IMG/VR virus record: IMGVR_UViG_3300025927_000001
Origin: an uncultured virus (IMG/VR IMGVR_UViG_3300025927_000001)
Taxonomy: Duplodnaviria; Heunggongvirae; Uroviricota; Caudoviricetes
Strand: one strand, 5' to 3'
Length of the DNA stretch: 23,285 bases
Shown piece after piece: positions 1 through 5,640 of the stretch. The first letter of the stretch is position 1. Every line of letters begins with the position of its first letter. Both the position numbers and the translations under genes were made by a program. The notes beneath the pieces were generated by a model. The model was not told the origin of the DNA, made no database searches, and saw nothing but the letters and a program-made list of their open reading frames with translations.

Positions 1-65
1 GAGGTGCTTGATGACCGGCGGTCCGGTCGGGTCGGGGCTCACGCCCCCCTGGTGTTGTTGACCAT
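1..65 (-). CDS. Possible 5' end of a divergently transcribed gene (MVNNTRGREPRPDRTAGHQAP...), runs off the window
   Basis: ATG at 65-63 lies 6 nt downstream of a TGa-TACCAT extended -10-like element; frame open to the window edge. Confidence 0.3.
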
Positions 66-133
66 GGACACATGGTATCAAGTCCACGAACCCTGTCTAG
101 CGCGCTTCACGGAAATGTGTAGGATGCTAGACA
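63..133. promoter_or_regulatory. Putative back-to-back leaderless promoters with inverted repeats
   Basis: Plus: TAGGAT (120-125), 7 nt, ATG133. Minus: TAGACA (99-94), 16 nt, TACCAT (77-72), 6 nt, ATG65. Inverted repeats TGTCTAGC(94-101)/GCTAGACA(126-133) and TGGAC(65-69)/GTCCA(82-86). Confidence 0.5.
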
Positions 134-321
134 TGGGAGAGGACGCAGACAAGGCGCTCGCGGAGGTCCGTGCCGCAGCTGAAGCCTGCAAGAGCGCCTC
201 AGCCTGGCGCAACGATGCGATCCGGCGCGCAGCCAAAATTGAGCGCCTACCACGAATCCAGATCGCGGATGCGGCCAAGATCAGCCGCCAACGGTACTAC
301 CAGATCATCAACGGCAAATAA
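133..321 (+). CDS. Small helix-turn-helix DNA-binding protein (62 aa; likely start ATG133 rather than GTG4)
   Basis: C-terminal RIQIADAAKISRQRYYQII fits an HTH pattern, preceded by a helix (RNDAIRRA) typical of small actinophage HTH proteins. Confidence 0.75.
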   Translation: MGEDADKALAEVRAAAEACKSASAWRNDAIRRAAKIERLPRIQIADAAKISRQRYYQIINGK

Positions 322-360
322 AAAAGCGGACCCGGCCAGCGGGGCGGCAACCCTCTGGCC
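319..360 (-). terminator. Possible hairpin terminator
   Basis: GGCCAG-c-GGG...CCC-t-CTGGCC stem (334-360) near an A-run at 320-325 (U-tract on the minus strand). Confidence 0.3.
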
Positions 361-366
361 AGGCCC

Positions 367-1071
367 TTGACGGAAGAGAGGCTTCCGCCCATGAACACCG
401 TAATGGATCCACCCATCTCACCGATGCTGGCGACCACCGGCGCACCACCCACCGGCCCCGGTTGGGCGTATGAGATCAAACACGACGGCCAACGCTGCAT
501 CGCCACGATCGTAGAAGGCGGCCAACTACGGCTCTCAGCGCGACCCCGCGACCCCGGACGACCCGGTAACAACATCACCGACACCTACCCCGAACTGCGG
601 GTACTCGCCGACGTGCTCTACGCCAGGCGGTCAGTGGTGCTCGACGGGGAAATCGTGGTACTCGACGACCAAGGCCGCCCACGTCTCGGGCTGGTCCAGC
701 ACCGGATCAACGCCAACCCTGACCCGCGGCGGGTGCGCCGATACCCCGCCATCTTCTACGCGTTCGACGTACTCGAAATCGACGGTCGGATGGTTCGGCG
801 GGAAACCTACGACGTGCGGCGTGCACTGCTGTGCGGGCTCGACCTCAACGGCAAGTCACCGCACGTCCGGGTACCGCCGTCGTTCACCGACGCTGACGGC
901 GTCGATGGGTGGTCGCTGCTGACCACGGCCCGGCTGTACGGCCTGGAGGGCATCGTCGCTAAGTGGCGGGACTCGAAGTACCTACCCGGGTACCGCTCAC
1001 CGCAGTGGCGCAAAGCGAAAGTCGCCGACCACCCAATTTTGACAACAGGTGAAATGGGTGACAGGAAATGA
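367..1071 (+). CDS. ATP-dependent DNA ligase, adenylation domain only (LigD/LigC-like); start may be ATG391
   Basis: Motif I YEIKHDGQR (KxDG), III VLDGEIV, IIIa FYAFDVL, IV EGIVAK, V WRKAK. Confidence 0.9.
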   Translation: MTEERLPPMNTVMDPPISPMLATTGAPPTGPGWAYEIKHDGQRCIATIVEGGQLRLSARPRDPGRPGNNITDTYPELRVLADVLYARRSVVLDGEIVVLDDQGRPRLGLVQHRINANPDPRRVRRYPAIFYAFDVLEIDGRMVRRETYDVRRALLCGLDLNGKSPHVRVPPSFTDADGVDGWSLLTTARLYGLEGIVAKWRDSKYLPGYRSPQWRKAKVADHPILTTGEMGDRK

Positions 1072-1361
1072 CCCTCACTCCGCTATTCCCGCCCGGGAAA
1101 CTCGTTGCCACACACGGTGGTAGGCAAGTGATGGAACGAATCGGGTACGAAGCATTCGAATACCTGTACGGGCTGCACTGTACCGGCGACTGGGGTGCCG
1201 TGAGTAACTCCGACAAACACGCGAACGACCAAGCGGTGATGGACGGCACCCGCATCATCTCGAAATACGGTGACGGTGCCGACGTCGTGTGGTTCATCAC
1301 CGAAGCCGACCGGAGCCGCACAACCGTGCTGACACCCGATGAGTACCTGAGGAAGGTCTGA
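1068..1361 (+). CDS. Conserved small phage/plasmid protein of unknown function
   Basis: Recognisable pattern LFxxGxxVAT...HxxGDWG...N...GxRIxSxY...WxITEADRSxTTVLxPDEY; ATGA overlap with the ligase stop. Confidence 0.75.
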   Translation: MTLTPLFPPGKLVATHGGRQVMERIGYEAFEYLYGLHCTGDWGAVSNSDKHANDQAVMDGTRIISKYGDGADVVWFITEADRSRTTVLTPDEYLRKV

Positions 1362-1363
1362 TC

Positions 1364-1909
1364 ATGAGTGACCCTCGCCTAAGGTTCGGCTACAACCAGG
1401 GCCTGCCGGAATACGTCGAGGCAGCGTGGGGATGCCAAGCGAACATCAACCCGGACGGCACCATAGACCTGGTGTCGGACCGCATCAGCACCTACGGTCA
1501 AGGCGACGCGGTCAAACGGCTAGAGGCTCGCCTGGACTCGTTAGGACGGGGCGAGCGATGGCGCAAACGGGCTGAGGCGCTTCTAGTCTCCGGGATCATG
1601 GACCCCAAGGTCGCCGCTGAACACGTCCTAGTTGATGACGGGGTTGTTGTAATCAAGGCGAATACCAACAGCTTTGGACACCTCTGCGTCTGCGCGTACG
1701 ACGCATACCAGCGGGTACCCGAACCCGAGATCCCTGACGGGATGCGGGTGTTCCTAGCGCATTACCTGCGGTGGCTAGCCAATGACGACGGGACACACGG
1801 CGGTATGCAATGCCGATGGGACCGGGCTGACCTAGCTGAGCGAGCTGATCGGATCCAGCCAGGGCCAGTCAAGGAATCGCTCGGCGACCTCGTGCAGGAG
1901 ATGCCATGA
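1364..1909 (+). CDS. Hypothetical protein (181 aa)
   Basis: GGAAGG SD-like sequence; tightly packed in the plus-strand operon; protein-like composition. Confidence 0.7.
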   Translation: MSDPRLRFGYNQGLPEYVEAAWGCQANINPDGTIDLVSDRISTYGQGDAVKRLEARLDSLGRGERWRKRAEALLVSGIMDPKVAAEHVLVDDGVVVIKANTNSFGHLCVCAYDAYQRVPEPEIPDGMRVFLAHYLRWLANDDGTHGGMQCRWDRADLAERADRIQPGPVKESLGDLVQEMP

Positions 1910-2180
1910 AAAAAAACAGCCCCCCGGACGCCCTGCCGTCAAAATCGAGCTGGGCATGACCAACGCCGATGGCAGCATTGATGACGGATTCGCTGAGGCA
2001 CTGAAAGCAGGTGGCGTATACGGCAGCCACGCCGGGTGGGATTTTTACGGGAACGTCTGGTGGGACGGAACCGCATTCGTAGAAGAAGTTTGGCACTACC
2101 GCAGCCCGGTCGCCACCTACCGGGCTGCATCCCTGCCAGAGCTGATGACGCTGGTGAACGCGGAGTGGGGCGAACGATGA
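1906..2180 (+). CDS. Hypothetical protein; core ORF 1956-2180, probably starting at ATG1906 via a frameshift in an A8 run
   Basis: SD GCAGGAG plus ATGA overlap at 1906; a -1 shift in A8 (1909-1916) gives MKKKQPPGRPAVKIELG fused to MTNADGSIDDG... Confidence 0.6.
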
Positions 2181-2256
2181 GCGATCACAAATCGGCACTA
2201 CCCGCGCCGGGCCGGACGTCGCCGCAAAGTCGCTGATGCGCGTGCCACCGGGGCTG

Positions 2257-2293
2257 AGTAGCGGGAGCGGGATTTGAACCCGCGACGATTATG
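2257..2293 (-). pseudogene. 3'-half tRNA-Met fragment (T arm, acceptor 3' strand, discriminator); imperfect direct repeat of 2643-2672
   Basis: Minus strand CATAA-TC-GTC-GCGGG-TTCAAAT-CCCGC-TCCCGCT-AC; 2257-2286 matches 2643-2672 at 25/30 nt. Confidence 0.85.
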
Positions 2294-2301
2294 CTCGGCG
2301 A

Positions 2302-2685
2302 GTGGCGTACAAGAACCCCGAGGATCAGAAGCGTGCAGCGCGGCGACACTATGAAGCGAACCGCGCTCAGTACATAGCGCGTGCAGTAGCGCACAATCGG
2401 AGGAATCGTTTGCGCGTGAATGCGAAGGTTCGCGAGTTGAAGTCGGTGCCATGCGCCGACTGTTGCCAGTCCTACCCGTATTACGTCATGCAGTTCGACC
2501 ATCTCGGTGAGAAGCTGTTTGCGATCGGTCGTCGCAGTTCGAGCATGGCCTACCACAAGGTGCTTGACGAGATCGAGAAATGCGAGGTGGTTTGCTCTAA
2601 CTGTCACGCCATTAGAACGTGGCAGCGTCGCCAAACGAACGAAGTAGCGGGAGTAGGATTCGAACCTACGACCTGCGGCTTATGA
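2302..2685 (+). CDS. HNH endonuclease (Zn-binding type), antisense-overlapping the tRNA
   Basis: Basic N-terminal helix, PCADC...MQFDH...EIEKCEVVCSNCHAIRT; TATGCT (2290-2295) 6 nt before GTG2302 suggests leaderless expression. Confidence 0.9.
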   Translation: MAYKNPEDQKRAARRHYEANRAQYIARAVAHNRRNRLRVNAKVRELKSVPCADCCQSYPYYVMQFDHLGEKLFAIGRRSSSMAYHKVLDEIEKCEVVCSNCHAIRTWQRRQTNEVAGVGFEPTTCGL

Positions 2686-2719
2686 GGCCGCCGAGCTAAC
2701 CGAGCTGCTCCATCCCGCC
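2645..2719 (-). tRNA. tRNA-Met (anticodon CAT), initiator-like; CCA not encoded
   Basis: GGCGGGA TG GAGC AGCTCGGTTA GCTC G GCGGC CTCATAA GCCGC AGGTC GTAGG TTCGAAT CCTAC TCCCGCT A folds into a complete cloverleaf. Confidence 0.95.
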
Positions 2720-2724
2720 CAGGA

Positions 2725-2733
2725 ACCCTACCA
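2725..2733 (-). promoter_or_regulatory. Putative extended -10 promoter for the tRNA
   Basis: TGG-TAGGGT (TGn-TAnnnT) with only 5 nt between it and tRNA position 1. Confidence 0.5.
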
Positions 2734-2745
2734 CCCCGTGAACGC

Positions 2746-2801
2746 AAAGAATCGCCCCGTTCCAACCCATTGCTGCTGGGTTGGAACGGGGCGTTTCTTT
2801 T
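2746..2801. terminator. Strong, probably bidirectional intrinsic terminator
   Basis: Perfect 17-bp arms CGCCCCGTTCCAACCCA (2753-2769)/TGGGTTGGAACGGGGCG (2777-2793), 7-nt loop, flanked by AAAGAAT and TTTCTTTT; lies between convergent units. Confidence 0.9.
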
Positions 2802-2832
2802 GGTGCTGGGTGCGCCCACCGCACCGGCCTGC

Positions 2833-3222
2833 TCAGCCGCGCCGCTTCGCAGGTGTTAGGGAGCTTACTTCGTACCGTTGGGTGGGGATACCAGCGGCCT
2901 GGGCTAAATCCGCGGTGTGGGTGGCGCCACGGGATCCGTCAGCGATGAACGCTAGGCAAAGTTCCGCGCCGAGGGCGACCATTTCAGCGTTACGTCTAAA
3001 TCCAGCGGCTTTGCCGAAAATGTCCCACGCTGCTGGGTGGCGTTCCACGACACCACCCCACGACTCCCAAATCCGTTCGCAAATCGCGTCACCACCCTGG
3101 GGGCACGCACCGGAAACGAGGACCGCGGTGCCGTCACCCCACACCGTTTTCAGGGCCTCATCGATGGTGGCGACGTCGGTCCAGCGGCGGGACGCGGTGA
3201 TAAGGATCCGACGCTGGCTCAC
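2833..3222 (-). CDS. SLOG-superfamily (YspA/DUF2493-like) protein
   Basis: RILITASRRW, LVSGACPQGGD, HPAAW..GKAAGFRRNAEMV, CLAF...SRGA; SD GGAGGT-like (AGAGGTG). Confidence 0.85.
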   Translation of the reverse strand: MSQRRILITASRRWTDVATIDEALKTVWGDGTAVLVSGACPQGGDAICERIWESWGGVVERHPAAWDIFGKAAGFRRNAEMVALGAELCLAFIADGSRGATHTADLAQAAGIPTQRYEVSSLTPAKRRG

Positions 3223-3224
3223 CT

Positions 3225-3377
3225 CTACGGCTTCCTAAGAATGTGAATGACACCACCGATGATGGTGACCGCGAAAAGCACGAGTGCGACGAACCCTAGC
3301 CACAATAGTGTTTTGAATAGGAATCCGATCACGCCCAGCGCGATCCACAGGACCAGTAGGGCAGCGAGGATGACCAT
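3225..3377 (-). CDS. Small two-TM membrane protein (50 aa), possible lysis accessory/holin
   Basis: SD GAAAGGA before ATG3377; MVILAALLVLWIALGVIGFLFKTLLWLGFVALVLFAVTIIGGVIHILRKP. Confidence 0.75.
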   Translation of the reverse strand: MVILAALLVLWIALGVIGFLFKTLLWLGFVALVLFAVTIIGGVIHILRKP

Positions 3378-3391
3378 CGCGGGGTTTCCTT

Positions 3392-3781
3392 TCAGGTCCC
3401 GAGCGGACCGAAAATGGTGCTCCCACCGGCGGTGGTGGTGCTGATCGGCGGGAAAGTGGTACCCGGCGCGACCGGTGGTGGCATCACAGGTGGCAGGGTT
3501 TCCGGCACGAGACGCTGCCCGTTGTCGTTCCGCGGATCCGACACTGGCGTGACCAGCACCGAGCCGGCCGTCGCGACGTGACGGGCCGCCATGATCGTTC
3601 CGAACGCGGCGAGCGCACCAGGGATGAGGCCGTACAGGCTGGTGATCAGGCTGCTGGTGTTGACGCTGATCAACCCAGCGGACACCAAAGCGGTGGCGAT
3701 ACCCATCCACAGTCCGGCGGTGACAGCGACGTCTCTGGCGATTTCCTGTAACGGTTGCGGCCGGTCCGGTGTGGTGGTCAC
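3392..3781 (-). CDS. Holin-like membrane protein (129 aa)
   Basis: GTG3781 overlaps the endolysin stop (GTGA); two hydrophobic segments followed by VTPVSDPR..G..LVP, a pattern seen in actinophage holins. Confidence 0.75.
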   Translation of the reverse strand: MTTTPDRPQPLQEIARDVAVTAGLWMGIATALVSAGLISVNTSSLITSLYGLIPGALAAFGTIMAARHVATAGSVLVTPVSDPRNDNGQRLVPETLPPVMPPPVAPGTTFPPISTTTAGGSTIFGPLGT

Positions 3782-4704
3782 GCTGACCTGCCCGTCACTG
3801 CGTACGCGCCACCTGGGGCGGCGTAGTTCACGGTGAGCCCCACCGCGCCGTGCGGTGCCTGCCAGGGCCCGGCGATGGTGTGCGCTTCGACGGTTTGACC
3901 GCCGCCGTGCGCGGTGTGGGTCGCGTCGACGGGTACCAGCGACCCATCCCTGAGCATCCATGACGCTAAATACACGAAAGCTCGGGTGGTGTCTTTGGTG
4001 CGACCACCCCAGTCCTGGCCACCGAAACCGATCGCGCATTCCCCTTCCCACCCACCGGCGAGGTCGAACCCGATATCGAAGTTGCGTTGCGGCCATGTCG
4101 CCGGTGCGCTGTTCGGGTCGGTGGGGGTTGCAGTGGCGGGCAGTTGATCCATCGTGTGGCGGTCCTTACTTTTGGTTTGCGGTGTGGCACTGGCGACCGC
4201 GGTGGCGATGACGTAGTCCCAGGGGAAATTCGGGCCAGGATCGGTGTGCGTGCCATCTTGGGCGCCGATCGTGTAGTCATAATGCCCGATGACGCCTTTC
4301 GATCGGTTCGCTACACCTTGGGGCCCGATATGGGTCAGCGGGATACCACGTGCGTGTGCCCGGTGTGCGAGCCACTGCGCGATCCGGTCGAGCATTCCGC
4401 GGTGCGCCATCCACGTATCACGTGACCACGCAGCGAACCCGGTGCAACAAATTTGGTCGGCCCGCGGGTTGCCGCCCAGCATCGCCCACGCTTCTTGTTC
4501 ATAGGGGACGATTTGGATGGTGGTGGTGTCATCGCAGACAGTGTTGTAGCTAACCTGGTTCGTGGGGTTGGCGAGGAAGTTGGCTAGGGAATCCGCGGTG
4601 GTTGCGCCTTCAGCGGTGTGCACCGCCAACCAGATCACTGATGCGTCGCTTCGGCTGGAACAGTTCGGTGACCACTTAACGTATTCAGTCATATTCCCCG
4701 GCAC
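3778..4704 (-). CDS. Endolysin, N-acetylmuramoyl-L-alanine amidase (Amidase_2 type) with an unrecognised C-terminal domain; start may be ATG4692
   Basis: VHTAEG, EAWA, GVIGHYD, HTDPGPNFPWD motifs; adjacent to holin. Confidence 0.92.
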   Translation of the reverse strand: MPGNMTEYVKWSPNCSSRSDASVIWLAVHTAEGATTADSLANFLANPTNQVSYNTVCDDTTTIQIVPYEQEAWAMLGGNPRADQICCTGFAAWSRDTWMAHRGMLDRIAQWLAHRAHARGIPLTHIGPQGVANRSKGVIGHYDYTIGAQDGTHTDPGPNFPWDYVIATAVASATPQTKSKDRHTMDQLPATATPTDPNSAPATWPQRNFDIGFDLAGGWEGECAIGFGGQDWGGRTKDTTRAFVYLASWMLRDGSLVPVDATHTAHGGGQTVEAHTIAGPWQAPHGAVGLTVNYAAPGGAYAVTGRSA

Positions 4705-4715
4705 CCATTGTCACG

Positions 4716-4767
4716 TAAAAGGAGCGAGGCCAGTGCCCCCGGCGCGAATCGGGGGCACTGGCCTCGC
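4716..4767 (-). terminator. Intrinsic terminator just upstream of the endolysin
   Basis: Perfect 18-bp arms 4724-4741/4750-4767, 8-nt loop, followed by TCCTTTTA on the minus strand. Confidence 0.8.
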
Positions 4768-4781
4768 GTGTGTGGACGCTA

Positions 4782-5090
4782 TCAGGCAGTCGGCGCCGGT
4801 GGCAGGACCAAACCATCGGGCGGCGTCGGCACCGGGTTAGCCGGTGCACCGAGAGCCTTCAAATGCTCAATGACTGGTGCGAACTTCGCGGTGATAGCCG
4901 GGTCGCTAGGAAGGTTCGCGGTAATCCAGTCGGCGATGCGAGTGGTTTCAACCTCAACAGCAGCCAAACCGTCATCAAGAGCAGTCATGTGTTCCTCCAG
5001 TCGTTTAATGCGATGGTCATGCTGGACAACTTGTTGGTGCAGCGCCCGAATGTTGAGCGACTGCATGAGATCCACGAACTGGTTCGCCAT
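4782..5090 (-). CDS. Hypothetical coiled-coil protein (102 aa)
   Basis: SD GAAGGGA; heptad-like IKRLEEHMTALDDGLAAVE; Pro-rich tail. Confidence 0.75.
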   Translation of the reverse strand: MANQFVDLMQSLNIRALHQQVVQHDHRIKRLEEHMTALDDGLAAVEVETTRIADWITANLPSDPAITAKFAPVIEHLKALGAPANPVPTPPDGLVLPPAPTA

Positions 5091-5112
5091 TCAGTTCCCT
5101 TCACCGGGATGG

Positions 5113-5628
5113 TTATTTGCCGCTACGGAGCGCGGCGTAGGTGGCGAGCGCGGCGATGACAATCGTGGCCAGCGCGACGAAGATGGTCCACCCAGTGGAA
5201 AGCCCTGCGCTTTTACCGTCGTTGAGGTTCTGCCGCGTCTCCAACACTTGGAGGCGTTCGCTGTAACGCTCCTCGGCGACAGTCATCTCGGTTCGCGTGA
5301 GACAACCCTGAACAGTGGTGATGAGTTCCTGGATCCGTTCGGTGTTGCGGGTCGTCGCAGCTTCGGCTTCTTGGCGGGTGATGAATTTACCCTGCTCATC
5401 CTTCGATTGAGCACGGAACTCGTTGAGTAGCGTGAGGCGTTCACCGATAGCGGCTTCCGCTTTGTCGACGGCTTCTTTCGCCGCTGTGAGGGCAGCGCTC
5501 ATGGCTTGTTCTTGAGCGTCGAAACGCTGCTGGTAACGCCGGTCCCGTTCGTTAAGGATGGCCACTACGTGGGCGCGGAGCGTGTCAGTGGTCCAGCCGG
5601 ATACGTGCTCTTCCGTCTCACCACTCAT
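5113..5628 (-). CDS. Coiled-coil protein with C-terminal TM helix (lysis-region membrane protein)
   Basis: Long helical region, LNEFR..S.D...FITRQE, C-terminal WTIFVALATIVIAALATYAAL. Confidence 0.8.
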   Translation of the reverse strand: MSGETEEHVSGWTTDTLRAHVVAILNERDRRYQQRFDAQEQAMSAALTAAKEAVDKAEAAIGERLTLLNEFRAQSKDEQGKFITRQEAEAATTRNTERIQELITTVQGCLTRTEMTVAEERYSERLQVLETRQNLNDGKSAGLSTGWTIFVALATIVIAALATYAALRSGK

Positions 5629-5640
5629 CGCGCTGCGCTC

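Noticed and set aside
4..132. N-terminal 43 codons of ORF 4-321
   Set aside because: Spans the putative promoter/operator region; ATG133 fits a leaderless start and typical HTH size
2177..2236. 19-codon ORF (MSDHKSALPAPGRTSPQSR) coupled by ATGA to the preceding gene
   Set aside because: Too short to support; may be a remnant but shows no recognisable features
2185..2634. 149-aa minus-strand ORF
   Set aside because: Shadow of the HNH gene; its tail is just the translated tRNA fragment
2287..2644. Group I intron carrying the HNH inside a tRNA
   Set aside because: The tRNA is already uninterrupted, the HNH is antisense to it, and the ORF fills the interval, leaving no room for a ribozyme core
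2257..2672. tRNA 3' duplication as attL/attR marking the prophage boundary
   Set aside because: Copies are only 386 nt apart and 25/30 identical, no integrase is adjacent, and both flanks look phage-like. Use of either copy as attP cannot be fully excluded.
3378..4096. Long N-terminal extensions of ORFs 3225-3710 and 3392-4096
   Set aside because: They overlap the holin/endolysin in other frames; better starts exist at ATG3377 (SD) and GTG3781 (stop overlap)
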